64,000 nucleotides of DNA. Origin: Eledone cirrhosa (taxonomy: Eukaryota). The DNA lies in contig OZ024740.1 in assembly GCA_964016885.1 (NCBI GenBank), positions 309,752,001 to 309,816,000 of the forward strand, written 5' to 3'. The position numbers and the translations under genes are program-made. Shown here in pieces: positions 1 to 12,878 of this stretch (positions are counted from its first letter, which is position 1; each line of letters opens with the position of its first letter). Under the pieces are notes generated by a model, which made no database searches, was not told the origin of the DNA, and was given only the letters and a program-made list of their open reading frames with translations.

Positions 1-948
1 TTTGGAGTTGTGTCCTCGATTGTAATTACAGATATTACAGATATGCCTTATTGTAAACTTTTCCTAGAGTAAAACATATTCTTAGATTTCAATCGTATTA
101 TCCGCTCCTTAACATTTCAATCTTTATATTGTTCCATTCTAGTTGCAAGTTTGAGATTTAAATTAACGAACATACGGTCTAGGATAACACGACCTACCAG
201 TATACTGGTATGGCGTCATTCCTATAATAACCGGATCATACAGGAATTCTTTTCTCATAGCCTGTGCAATGAATACTCTTTTCGTTGTTCGCACTGTTGT
301 GCAATACTTCAATTATTTTTATTGCTTTTTCCAGCAGTTCCTTCATATTTTGATCTGCCTTGCTTTTATTTTTGGCATTGATTTGCAAACAGGCTCATAA
401 TACCGCTTTATTTTGACGTGTTGCTTACAAGCCTCTCCGTCGTATGAAGTTCATTCATTTATGTGTTCATACATATATATTAATTATGATTCTGTTATTG
501 AAATCAACTCCTGGGTGTGTATAGGTTTCATACCACAGTGATGTCATGCCAGTATTTATTAGGTTTAAAAGTTTCGCGAATGACCAGAAGTGATAGATTG
601 TTTTCGTGGTTTACTTCGCCTAGCCACAAGATGTGATTTCAGGATGAGAGGTTGGCTCATATATTAACAGAATGTAGCCAAACGCTATTGCCTGTGCAGT
701 CCACATATTCTGGAGCGAGACTTTCTCCTAAAGGTCCTGTATGTTCTCGTGGGGTTACTATGTGTTACTATTGGAATGCACAGCAGCAGATCTAGTGTTA
801 CTGATGCTATATGCTGATAGGATGATCTTACATATAAACATGCTCATATATATATATATATAAATACATATTCAGATATAGTTGGGATTATTTCATCTTA
901 AACAGAAACATACTGGCTTGAATTCTGTGAGAATAAATTTAAATAACT

Positions 949-1350
949 CATGAATCTTGGGTAATGACCGAAATAATACGATCACGAATACAAGCGGCAG
1001 AAATGGGTTTCTTCCAATTAGTCTTCCGAGTAACGTTTCTCGAAAGATTGCGTAGCTGGTAGATCAGAGAGTCGCTCAAGGTAGAGTCGCTATTTCTCTG
1101 AACTGAAAGATCATACCTCCGATACTATGGTGTTAAGAATGTCTTAGGAAAGAATCGAGGGACAGATTTTGAGAGTTAATTCAAACAGCAACATACCTAA
1201 GAATAGATCCTGAGAACGATGGGTGGATAACATTTATGAGTTTGGCTGGTCTGGCCTGGCATATAGTCGAATCAATTGGAGACGGTTGGCCCTGACGGAA
1301 CGCATTGTAAGGCGTATTTGAGGACTCTGCCCCACGACCGTACCTGGAAT
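949..1350 (+). mobile_element. Degenerate 3' fragment of an RTE-clade LINE (Rex3/Expander-like C-terminus)
   Basis: Manual translation from 949 gives HESWVMTEIIRSRIQAAEMGFF...LERLRS.*IRESLKVESLFL, matching the RTE C-terminal motif W.MTER.RSRIQAAEM.FLRR; several stops and frameshifts. Confidence 0.75.
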
Positions 1351-2594
1351 GAGTGTGTGAAATAGAAATCACATGTTATACATGAAAAGATATTTGATAA
1401 TGTCAAAATACCAATGACAATGCTTCTTTTTCGGTTTGTAATACGGTCCTCGATTTTTGAGAGAAACCAGGAAAACAAAATAAATCATATTCAAATACAT
1501 ATATACAACAACAATACAAAATGTAATACAAATATGTTATAATGATTTGTATTTGTTTTGAGCAGTATACATATTCTCGAGTAGTTTACGTTATGTTTAT
1601 GAGATAAAACTCTCTCTTAAACTACTCACAATTAGAGACATTAAAATACGATTACGGATAATACAGACATTTGCTATGATAAAAAAGCCGAAACACATTA
1701 GCATTTACAGATGACTGCAAATAAAGTACAAATCGGTAGTAAGTGCTTAATTATATTGCCTCTACCATTCTAATCGCTACCAATTAATTGAGAGTGAAGA
1801 CAAACGAGAATAAATCGACGTCTTGACGGTTTTATTTTCATTTTGTTCGAATTACTATTATAAATTATGTTTCTCATTTAAGCTAATTTATTGAGTGATT
1901 TCGAATAGAAATGCCTGAATTTATTTGTTTATTATTTGTATACTGTGAAGTATATATTATCGAATGCTCGTTTTTGAAGTTTGATTTTGCATTCATATTT
2001 GTATTTTTGATAATGTTAACTGGTTGGAATCTAAAAGTAATATGGATAATGAAAACATTTTTGAAGAAAATTATTACTTTTATAAATTTCTCTGCTTCAT
2101 ATTAAAAATGAAAAATACGTTAGATGTAGATTACTTTTACAAAAGTACGCATTTAGAAAAGATTTATTTTACGATAGTTATTCAGAGGAGGACGAGTAGT
2201 ACTCAACATTTGTAGGAGCATCTGATTAAAAAGTAGACACCATTAGACCAGAGATATGATACAAATTATTACAACATTGAATAGAGTTGGTGGTGACGAA
2301 CTGGGTGACGAATTATGCCTGCTACTTAATCTGTATACGGGTTTCAATAAAGATATGTGTACTTAAGTGCATTCTCCTAATCACACCCAAGCTTATATAA
2401 GAACTTAAACAGCATTATATGAAATGTAATATTAGGGAATAATGCAGTTATATTTGTTACGCTTAAACATACAAACAGTGAGGTCGATTGCTTCTTCTTC
2501 ATATTCATCGTCTTCAAACACGAGTTACATGGAAGCATCAGTTACAGGATTATAAGTTAAAATCTGTAATGGGTTGTTAATTTTCCGCTTTTAA

Positions 2595-3860
2595 CACCGG
2601 AGACTGGCTGCCAAGGTGGCCTGCACGTCCATCACACCTGAACTGGACGAGGAGCTCAGCCCGGTGCAACTACGGGTCGGCGTGTCCTGTGGCTGTGAGA
2701 GGGCCGCACATGCAGCCAAGCAGTTCTTCAATAGCTGCCCATCGGAACCGACGTAGAGGGACTACAGGCACCACATTGTCAAACTTTACATGAGGAATGC
2801 CTTTTACAGCCTACACCGTGACCATCTGCTCGAGGCCTGTCACAGCCGAGACCCCTCTGCCTACCCGCTGGACTAATTGTCATATGGAGCCACAAGCATG
2901 CTCTTTGCTTCTGACATAGTCATAACGTCAGCCACTGGGGGGGGGGGGGATCAACATGGTGACCCTTCCCCCATTTTTGCTTTTGGTATAGAGCATATTG
3001 CTAAGAATATCACGGTCCCTCTCAACGTTTCGTTCTGGATGATGCCACATTGGGTGGGCCCGTGGAGACTGTCTGCCACGATCTGCAATCGGTGAGAATT
3101 GGCATCGAAGTCAACTCGTCCAAGTCGGACGTGATGAAAGTCAACCACAATGGAGAGAGCTTTGTTGCCTCCGTCTCGGACGTGCCATATATTCCCCCCC
3201 CCCCCCTAGTTACAGGTGAACCCTAAAGAGGATGTCCGCATCGTCGTGTCAGCGATCTTCTCGCTGGCCATCCGCTCCACTATCAGCAGCTCAATACCCT
3301 CATGAGCAGACTGGGCATGATTGATGTCCGCTCGGCCCTCTTGCTGTTGAGGAATTGCTTGGCCATGCCGAAGCTCCCCTACACCCTTCGTAGCGCTCCT
3401 TGATACAGCTACGCATCTCCCCTTGCTGGCCTCGACACTTGTATCCGAGCGGCAGATTGACGACCTTGAATGGCAACAGGACACCTTACCTGTTAGAAAT
3501 GGTGGCCTTGGCCTCTTGTCCCCGCTCTCGCTGGCTTTGCCGGCCTTTCCTTCGTCGGTAACCGCTTGCTGCGTTCTCATCAATAAGATTCTCCAAAACA
3601 TAACGGAACCCACTGTGATCAAGGAAGGAGAGGCCGCCTGCGAGACGTGGAACCGGCTTCGATTCAGCCCAGCAGACGTCCTTCTCCTCCTGTTGATGCC
3701 ATCCAGTGCAACGTGTCCTCGGATAAGCTAGGGCACCAGCTCCACTAGCATCGCTTCGCTTGTTTTCGGTCGGCCTTACAAGCCCACAGCGGTGCTTGCC
3801 TCCATGCCTTACCCTCCTTTACTACTTGCACGCAGCTGGACAATGATAGCCTGCACTTGA
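2595..3860 (+). mobile_element. Degenerate CRE-clade non-LTR retrotransposon, reverse transcriptase region
   Basis: GC-rich island. Translation gives RRLAAKVAC...LSPVQLRVGVSCGCERAAHA, VKLYMRNAF, QHGDP, FLDDATLGGP, WQQDTLPVRNGGLGL...ALPAF and AHSGACLHALPS, which are CRE/SLACS-type RT motifs. Multiple frameshifts. Confidence 0.75.
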
Positions 3861-4020
3861 AAGAAATGACCTGTAAAATATATACTTTCGAATATTTCTT
3901 CGTACACAGAAAACGAACACCTCTGTAGAGGTAAACGCAGCTCTCTCAGGACTTCGTTGTTTTGTTAGAGTGAAGTATTTCACATTTCGGTATGTGTTTT
4001 CTGCATTAGTTATTATTACG

Positions 4021-4205
4021 TTGGCAGTATCGGTAGAGGGTCGGACGCCATGCTTTCCAGCATAGTTACGTCCCTTTACGATCTGAGTTCAAATCCCGCC
4101 GAGGTTGACTTTGCCTTTCATCCTTACGGGGGGGGGGGTCGATAAAATAAAGTACCAGTAATGCACTGAGTAATAGCTGGCCTTGTGCCTAAAGTAGAAA
4201 CAATT
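4021..4205 (+). mobile_element. tRNA-derived SINE (main family, short-tail variant)
   Basis: A-box-like TGGCAGTATCGG, B box GAGTTCAAATCC, central CTTTGCCTTTCATCCTTACGGGGTCGATAAAATAAAGTACCAG; flanked by the direct repeat ATTATTACGTT; many copies in the window. Confidence 0.9.
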
Positions 4206-4681
4206 ATTACGTTTATTTATGAAAGGTAGCTACATATTGTTTGATTTTCCACGATAGGAATGTAATTAACGTAATTTATTTGTGTCCGATATATGCTATA
4301 ATTGCATGCTTTGAAATACATAATTCTAAACTATGCCATGCGCTTTTAATTCGTGTGTTTTTTATAAAATGAATTAAACATTCTATGCACGAAAACGGTT
4401 ATCCTATAACAGCACATGAGAAAATTAGATTATAACATATCGGGAATCTCATTCAATAAATTCTGTGAATTTGCAAAAGTGAAAGAATATTTATTATCAA
4501 CCAAAGAACAAATTTAAGTAGATTTTTCTTAAATGGAAACTACTAAACAAATGTACGCGTACACGATTCAAGCATGCTGAACTGACAAATATATAATGTG
4601 GGACAATTGTTTCATGTGTAGCACTAGGGCGTTATTGACCATAGTAAGACTAATGTTTGGAGCTTATATTTAGAAATGTGG

Positions 4682-4713
<32 letters not shown>

Positions 4714-4966
4714 GAGAATGATACATAGTTCAACATCTTGTGAACCAATGCACATGGATTACCTAAATATAGAGTTTCACACGAAAGCGAATATGCATAT
4801 ACCCCACGTCACAAAATACATAATTTCATGCTTAATACCGTAAGAAATTCTGTCGTTCCAAAAAACATTCCCCTCATTCCTCATATATACACAAGTCAAT
4901 AGGTTATATGCAAGGTAACCAATATGGTAGCTCGGTTTTAAACCGAATCAAACCTTTAAACATAAC

Positions 4967-5153
4967 TGTTTCTACTTTTGGCACAAGGCCAGCAATTATC
5001 CCAGTGTATTACTGCTACTTTATTTTATCGACCCCGTAAGGATGAAAGCAAAGTAAACCTCGGCGGGATTTGAACTCGGACCATAAAGGGCCGTAACTCT
5101 TTGCTGCAAAGCATGGCGTCCGACCCTCTACCGATACTGCCAATCCACCACCC
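4967..5153 (-). mobile_element. tRNA-derived SINE (main family)
   Basis: Reverse complement of the family consensus; target-site duplication (TSD) TTAAACATAAC at 4956-4966 and 5154-5164. Confidence 0.9.
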
Positions 5154-5690
5154 TTAAACATAACGATCGCCAGTTATATTAGTGAGAATTCCTAAATACA
5201 TATTGGTAAGTAAAATAAGTGAAAATCAACTCTTTAAAAGACTATTTAAAAGACTAAAACATATGTATTTCCAATATGGTGCAGATTTGATAAGCGCCAA
5301 ATCTATAAGTGGGCAGCATTTCAATTGAAAGTTCTGTTAGTGTACTAGTGTACGTGCTATATATTTGAAATATAGAATGTTAGAATTTTATTTATTATGA
5401 TATATATATAAATTCTCGAATTATTTTAGAATGCTTTATTATACTTTATTATATTCAAGAATTTACAATAACCTTTCCAGCTACACCATCAGCATGAAAT
5501 GCACTTTACCGAATAAATGATACATCATTATGTCTAAACAACCCCCATGGAGCAAGGTGGATTCGTAAATAATTGTCCTGTCCAAATCAATATGATTTCA
5601 ATAACCACTTTCCAGAATGACAGTTATGGGAGAGTTTTCTAGTGTAGAATGTTTTACAACAGATAGCTGCCACATTAGCAGGAATCTCGT

Positions 5691-6146
5691 CTACACATTC
5701 ATGGAACCTTCACTTACACACCCATTTGAATAAGTAGAACGTGTAGATTGTTCAGAAACGCCCGGTGAGCTACAATATTTCAAATCTATATCCAATAATT
5801 CGCCATACAGTTCTTGCGAATTTCTTGTGTGTGAACGTTGTCGTGGTTCAATACTATATAAATTAGCATCTGGCGAAATTTTATCCATCCTCAAACAAAT
5901 TATATCTTTTTTAATAGGGAAGAATAGATCGAATATCAGAAATCGGCACCGTATATTTATCAGGTAGCAGAACATTCCGATAAATGGTAAGCAAAGGATT
6001 AATATTGCACAGGATGCTAGTATAGGTCCAGTTAGAGAATAGTTTTCAACTAATCGTTTATTTTCTTGTGTAACAGTCGCAGAGCAAAGAGATATATTTA
6101 TAGAAAATAGGAAACGTAAGCATAGGTTAACACGGGTTCTTTTCAT
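5691..6146 (-). CDS. Candidate host gene: small type I single-pass membrane protein, 151 aa, no family recognised
   Basis: Long non-repetitive ORF in AT-rich DNA. Basic and hydrophobic N-terminus ending CSA|T (signal-peptide-like), NYS sequon, TM segment ILASCAILILCLPFIGMFCYLI, Ser/Tyr-rich tail. Acceptor TTTTTACTATTTTCAG ends 8 nt before the ATG (exon starts at 6154). AATAAA signals on the minus strand at about 5387-5450. Confidence 0.55.
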   Translation of the reverse strand: MKRTRVNLCLRFLFSINISLCSATVTQENKRLVENYSLTGPILASCAILILCLPFIGMFCYLINIRCRFLIFDLFFPIKKDIICLRMDKISPDANLYSIEPRQRSHTRNSQELYGELLDIDLKYCSSPGVSEQSTRSTYSNGCVSEGSMNV

Positions 6147-7319
6147 TTCCAGTTCTGAAAATAGTAAAAATAAACGAATTTAAAAGCAAAGACATAACAC
6201 ATTACGGAAAAATGAAAATGGGAATATATGGGAATAGTATATGTATTTTTATGATGGAAATGGAACCTCAAAATTAGAAATGTTCTTAGCATTTATATTT
6301 TGTCATTTTTATAGATAAAACTCACTGAATGATTATCGATATTAACTTTCACGCTATACATTTCTGAATATTACTCCAGTAGAACTAACGATTTCTAGAC
6401 GAAAAATTAATAACCTCATCCAGTTTCACGTTTTGGCCGAATGCATTCAGTTTATAAAAATGATTCTATTTCATATGTCCTGTAAAGAGGATATTATGAC
6501 ATACGGTGGCATTTATTCATACATACGTTACCGATTGATTTCTAAATATTTCGTAAAAAGCCTCGCACACAAAATATATTTACAAATCCAATGCCTATAT
6601 AGAAATAGAAGGTCGAGTCCATTTATACATAAATTCTAAAAGGTGATTTCCAATGTTTAAGCATCAATATTCTCAGTATGCTATTTCTATGAATTTCGTT
6701 TGAGGTTAAATCGAGATGAAGATTTGATCTCGAAATGATATCTCTATTTCAATAAAATAGTGAGTTATTAAAACGTTATGATTATTCATACAGATAACTG
6801 AAGGTTTTCTTCTGGTGATAGGTGGTTTCAATCACAGCAATTCAGCATGAATAAACTAAAAACAAATTGCAGTATGCCTACAATAAATACATTACACATA
6901 ATGCATAGCAAATACTTATTTCCAACTGAATCGGCAAGCCACCATGGTAATGCGCCCAAGTCCCATTTGGACAGCTTGCTGTAATTACCTGTGCATTATG
7001 GTTAAAGCACAAAAACGCATACTTAAGCGAAATCTATTATGCGATCGTCTCTCGATCCTGACTGAATATCAAAATCGAATTAAACCAAGCATCAAGTGGA
7101 AAACGTAAATAGATCTGGGAATATTTGTAAAATTAAAATTTAGAAAATATTATTGTAAGCGCACTTCTAAATATACATTACCATTAGTAACATTTCTTAA
7201 AATGGTATCGATAATATGCCAGATAAAAAATACATCATCTAATTCGTTCTTCAACAAACAAGGCAACGATTCTCCAAAGCGTGTGATCATAGGTCAAAAT
7301 GCATTTCGATATCTATTTT

Positions 7320-7395
7320 AGCTCCTTCCTTTCTGAATTCAATTTTCGCCGAGGTAAACGTTGCTTTCCATACTTCTGATAATGGATGTACCAAT
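7320..7395 (+). mobile_element. Highly degenerate SINE fragment (main family)
   Basis: TTCTGAATTCAATTTTCGCCGAGGTAAACGTTGCTTTCCAT resembles the B box and central part of the SINE consensus. Confidence 0.5.
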
Positions 7396-9447
7396 ATATT
7401 GCATCGAATCGATTGTATTGTTCTGGATCTTTCTTATGAGTTCAAATCTGACCGAGAGCTATCAGGAATAAAAAAAAAAAAAATAAAAAAAAAAAAATCA
7501 ATCTGTCCCACATTTACGCACAACCAACATACACCTGTAAGTCTTCAGTAGAATCTAATTTGTTAAAAGAAATCGATCCATGTATATGATTTTGGAATAC
7601 CTACTTATGCCTATAGACGCAGACATTGAGAAAAAGGCCACGGAGATTGTGCTTCTCCTTCAAAGGAGACTTGGGCGCATTACCATTGGTGGTTTGCCTA
7701 TTCGGTTGGCAATAAATACTTGCTAAGCATTATGTGTAATGTATTTATTGTTGACATATTGCAATTTGTTTTAAGTTTATTCATGCTGAATGGCTGTGAT
7801 TGAAACTACCTATCCCCAGAAAGAAACATTCGAAATCGACATTTCCACTAAATAATTATAATAAATTTAAATCATATTTTCTATATGACAATACAATGCA
7901 GATCGTAATTGACAAAATAACATATCTACTTTTTCTATTTCGACTAAGTATAAAATTAACTTTTCTAACCAGAACACGCATTCATCGCAAGTGCCGTAGT
8001 TTAATGAATAAAAACAATATGTTAATTCTATCACACTGGGATATTAAAGGAATCGAAACGTTAATTATATCCATTTCTTAGGCAAATATTTGTTATTTAA
8101 ATACTATATTTCATTAACATTTTAGTAACGTACATTTATATTAGTGTAGCACATAAGGGCTGGCAATATTTTAGACTGCATGGAATTAGTTGATATATTT
8201 TGAGCTGGTGGTAGCCGAAATATTAAAAAGAGTACTACTACGTTAAGTGGTTTTCTCTATAATATTTTAGAAATTGTTTACTTTTGAAAAAAACATTAGC
8301 GTATACTTTATAATATTAATCATCGTCTCCGAATATATTCAATATATGCATCAGAAAAAAATAATATTCTGTGTAATTGGAATGTTTTAAACACATTTCA
8401 GTCATCACAATTTACCAACTTCACGTTTGAAAAATATACGATATTCATGCGGAAAATCCACACACTCATGTACATCATTCATTCACGGCCTACATTGTCT
8501 AAATTAGTTTCATTTCAATGCATGCCTTAAAATCGAAATGCACTCAGAAATAGTGAGAGAGTATCAATTTAAGTGTATGTTATTTTTTTTATATTCATTT
8601 TGGTGAGTAAATATGGAGAACTGAGTTAATGGAAACAAAAATTGCTTTTGTCGGCTATGTTCAGTTTCTTTTCATCTTAAATTTAAGTTTCACCAGATGC
8701 AGCTCTAATTGAATTCCATTAGCTGAGTGAAATGACTTATACAATTGGATTAGTTTAATATCAAATTTAGTGGAAAGGAACGACGGAACGACATAATCCT
8801 ATTTACAGCTAATTAAGGATTTAATCAAATGAACATGTTAAGAATTTTCTAGCAGATTCAGATGCCTAGATGAAATTTTCAGTGGTCATTTAAATGCTTT
8901 GATCTCGTTAAACATATAATACACAATATTCATTATTGTACTTTCATAAATTTGCACAGTATATCATATGTATTACGTACATAATGCATGCACTGAACAT
9001 ATCTCTACAATAAGCTATAAAGTCTTATATTTCAAGAGATGTGGTGTTTGTGTTTGTTTAAAAGTATTCATTCCTCATACTTCATGCGGAAATGCAAATA
9101 AAACGGCATCCATCGGTTAGTACATGTTATTTCTGGTGTAACCAATATATAAAAAAAAAAAAAAAGAACGTATTTTGTAATGCATTGCAATTTAAACACA
9201 TAAAGCCACTTATATTAATATTTATAGATAAACGAAATCTCATACCATTATGACTGGTGTATATCTAATATTACAAAATATAGTTGAAATTTAAAAACAA
9301 TGTCAGGATACATAAAATACGACTACAACACGGCTATGAATGTATAAAAGGAGAAGCAGTAGCAGATAGAAAACATTTTTAAATATTTAAAATTGAATTG
9401 ACACTCTACCAAAATTAAGTCTAGAAAATGACGAAAATTTGTCTTAC

Positions 9448-9484
9448 CTCGATAACTTAAAGTGGCAAGTATCGTAATATTATC
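9448..9484 (-). other. Candidate 37-nt exon upstream of the 151-aa ORF
   Basis: Minus strand reads GTATGTTTTTCAG|GATAAT...TATCGAG|GTAAGA, a canonical acceptor and donor. Spliced to 6154 it is open and in frame (DNITILATLSYRELE-M). Confidence 0.35.
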
Positions 9485-10428
9485 CTGAAAAACATACAAG
9501 TTTCGGATATCTATAAACTTTAAAAAAGGTAACTGTTACCCAAGTAACACCTGTGACAGAGTCGATATTAAACACTCGTTACATCGATCTGTAAGGTTTT
9601 GAATATATTGACTATAAACTAAGTATGGTATCACTACAGTCTTTATTGGAATGTCAATTAAATAGCTAAGAATGTGCGTTGTGAATCAAATGTTTCTGAA
9701 TGAATAATGCGGTAGTCAAAAAACATTTCGAGAATTTACTGTGAACAAAACATTACATGTTCGAATCGAGAACTATACAAAACACATATTTCACTAAATG
9801 TAGGTTGGATTTATGTTAAAATGTTTTCTGCTACATTTGAAAATAATTCCTTTATATGTTTGTTCATATGATACTTCGTTAACTACCTTTAAGTAAGCAT
9901 TTTATATTACTAAAATATTTTGGTTAATAAATGCCTGTTTATATCTAATATTTAATCTATATAAGCTGACATGCGGAACGTGAAGTACTATCACCCCCTC
10001 TTTCTCTCTCGCTAGGTGTATATATTTTATTGTTGTATATATATATATATTGCTTTTTTTAATATAACATAATTGAGCTCTATACGACTGACGGAGCCAT
10101 AGGATATTTTGTTGTGTATTTAGAGGAAGCGGACCCAAACTCATTTGACAACAATCAGGTTCCACCAGGAAGAGAAGGAATGGAAGGTAGAAAGAAAGCT
10201 AGAAGCTAGAAACTGGAAATGTGATTTATTTATTCACTCTAAATGAAAAAAATTGCAAACTTGGCCTCAGCTGTATTTAAATACAGAGCACATGATGCTG
10301 GGACGACTAATGCAAAGTATATTGTGCCCCGCATTATCTACCATTATCACCCTCTTCATATGTCAAAATGAATGGACCTATTATCTTTATCTAAAGACAT
10401 TTTTTCCAATTCCACCCCACCCGTCATT

Positions 10429-10464
10429 TCTTCTGATGAGAGACTAGCGTCCGAAACGTTAAGA
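10429..10464 (+). ncRNA. Minimal type I hammerhead ribozyme motif in a PLE-like 3' remnant
   Basis: TCTT-CTGATGA-GAGAC TAGC GTCC-GAAA-CG-TT-AAGA: intact CUGAUGA and GAAA cores, stem I TCTT/AAGA, stem II GAC/GTC, palindromic AACGTT stem III. Confidence 0.7.
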
Positions 10465-10549
10465 CCGACATCCTGCTATTTCAAGCGTTAACCTAATATA
10501 TTCCTTCCATATACTGTGCCGATTGTGTTGTTATTTCTGTTTATCTTTT

Positions 10550-11251
10550 ACATACATACATACACACACATTCATACATACATACATACATACATACATA
10601 CATACATACATACATACATACATACATACATACATACATGGTGGCTGCCAACTCGTTTTCGAGTATGGCCACTACTTTATATCCATATAGGAGGACCCCT
10701 ACCGATGCGCTGAACGAGTGTGACTTTTTAGTCCAACCAGCGACTTGAAAACTCTGGTACAAACACTACACTTATGACAATTATTGACACATAGTGCTGG
10801 GCCCATGGTACCATGTGACGACAAGTGCAGAGAGATCTCCAGATATAATGCAATGCCTGTGCCGTGAAGCTTTTATAGTGAGCAAAGGCACTGTACAAAG
10901 CCAGTCCCACTCTCTTAACAAAGATGATATTTACCAAAAAGAAGAACAAGTCAACATCATTGGATAGCATCAGGGTTGCAGGTGTTATATCAGAGTTTGC
11001 CTTCTCCTAGAATTCGCTTTGACAAAGGCTAAGGAGTCATCTCTCCCGGTGATTTTGGATGGCCATTGACTCTTACGAGCTCCTTTGCCCTTTGACAGGT
11101 TTTGTTTTTAGTCCAGCAGGATGTCCAAAGTCACCCTCCTCACCAAGAAACCTTGGTGGGGTTGCCAGTTTAGTCGCCAACGACCCGACCATGAGACAGG
11201 TTGTACTGGGATACATGTTACCAGTAGCACCAACAGGTGACCTGACATACA

Positions 11252-11300
<49 letters not shown>
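10550..11300. repeat. (TACA)n microsatellite split by an inserted element
   Basis: CATA/TACA repeats at about 10550-10638 and 11246-11300. Confidence 0.9.
10640..11245 (-). mobile_element. Non-coding, probably RTE-related non-autonomous element inserted in (TACA)n
   Basis: About 600 bp of GC-richer sequence bounded on both sides by TACA repeats. The minus-strand segment CCTTAGCCTTTGTCAAAGCGAATTCTAGGAGAAGGCAAACTCTG resembles RTE 5' UTRs as I recall them (not searched). Confidence 0.45.
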
Positions 11301-11318
<18 letters not shown>

Positions 11319-11371
11319 CAAACATTTATATATATACATACATTTATATATATATACATTTATATATATAT

Positions 11372-11485
11372 AGTTGAAATAAAATGAAAACGAAATTTCA
11401 TTTCTCACTCTTAGTATGGCACTTACTTAGATGTAAGTATGTATGTATACGTACATACATATATGTATACAGACGTACAGTAGCA

Positions 11486-11555
<70 letters not shown>

Positions 11556-11975
11556 CAGGTACACATACATATATGCACGCATCAGTTTAGCGGACGCTTA
11601 TTATAACGCCGCTTTGTTCGCTTGTAAACAAACTGAACAGCCTGAATTTATGCCATACGGTGTTAAGGCAACCACGTCACCTTTTTGTTCAACACTGCCA
11701 CAGGAACGATGTACTAGTTTCAAGCTTGTTAGCTATCATCAGCACCGTATACCCATCTGCCAGATAGTTGAACGTTCGAAAGTATATACTTTCCTTATGA
11801 AAATTAACGGCTGAGCAGCCTAATTTGCATATTGAGTGAGTTAAATCGGTCAGGCATACCGAAAACGATCAGTTGAAATAAAATGAAAACGAAATTTCAT
11901 TTCTCACTCTTAGTATGGCACTTACTTAGATGTAAGTATGTATGTATACGTACATACATATATGTATACAGACGT
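11372..11975 (+). repeat. 105-bp direct repeat (11372-11476 and 11871-11975), pLTR-like
   Basis: Identical AGTTGAAATAAAATGAAAACG...GTATACAGACGT at both positions; also visible as the identical ORF starts MKTKFHFSLLVWHLLRC. Confidence 0.85.
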
Positions 11976-12405
11976 TCATCTCGGTTAACAGAATTAATAA
12001 CAGACATATTCAGAAATAGACAGATCGAATATTATAGTTCATTGGATTTTACCAACGTAAACATTGATACGCGTAAAGAGCACAAGCTCACAAACAAATG
12101 TAATAAAGAAGCTGGCTTCTTTAAATGCCCTGATGAATGATAGAACTGTATATGTTGATAGTTTATCACTTGGATATGATGTAATTTGTAATAACCTGAA
12201 TGATAATTATCTAAAAATGCTATGATTATTAAGAATATAATAGACGAGGCTGGATTTGAATAGTGTTTCGTAGTTAAATATAGGACAATTTCCTTTGTCA
12301 GAATTGGGAGAAGGAGGCGATAACAACGGATGTCAAAATAAACGTGGAATATAGAGAATGTTTCTTTATTCATACAGTCATATAGGTGAATGACTTAAAC
12401 TGAGT

Positions 12406-12850
12406 TTGAAGAACAGAGATACCCTCTTCCCATTCGATGACGGTAGATCCATCATCTGGGACGCCACAAGTTGCGTCACGTTCTTCGCCTCCAACTTAGT
12501 CGTTTCGGCCACAAACCCAGATACTGCGGCTTGCAATGCAGAGGAAAGGATGACAATCAAATACCGGGGTCTTGTCCGGCCGCTTCCTTTTCGCACCGGT
12601 CACCGTCGCGACCTGAGGCGTACTTGGACCCCGTACTTGTACAGCCCGTCTGAGGAAGGAGCCCCGCGAGGTGAGGTGGCTGTTGCAGCGGATGTCGTGA
12701 GCCATTGTTCGCAGAAATCCCTCTGCGGTCTTGTCCGCGAGGCGCAGCCCCAACACCACCGGCCTTAGGCCCAGAGCCCATCACCTTCCCTCTTCCCCCA
12801 TTTGTCTGTAAGGCTAGGTCCCTTGCCTTTCCCTTCATTTTCCGTTCTAA
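12406..12850 (+). mobile_element. CRE-clade LINE 3' fragment (restriction-like endonuclease domain and 3' UTR)
   Basis: RDTLFPFDDGRSIIWDATSCVTFFASNL...AACNAEERMTIKYRGL matches the CRE RLE motif RPDG.TL.PW..G..L.WDAT..DT.A....A..AE..K..KY..L. Confidence 0.75.
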
Positions 12851-12878
12851 AATATATATAGTGTTATTATTTGAAATA

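Noticed and set aside
11100-11245. HDV-like ribozyme at the 5' end of the RTE-related element (minus strand GGUCACC could pair with GGUGACU)
   Set aside because: I could not build the nested P2/P3/L3/P1.1 arrangement in the required order; a descriptor search on the family consensus would be needed.
12125-12190. CTGATGA plus hairpin as a hammerhead (also 33999-34015)
   Set aside because: The GAAA core and stems I and III are missing; at most these are relics.
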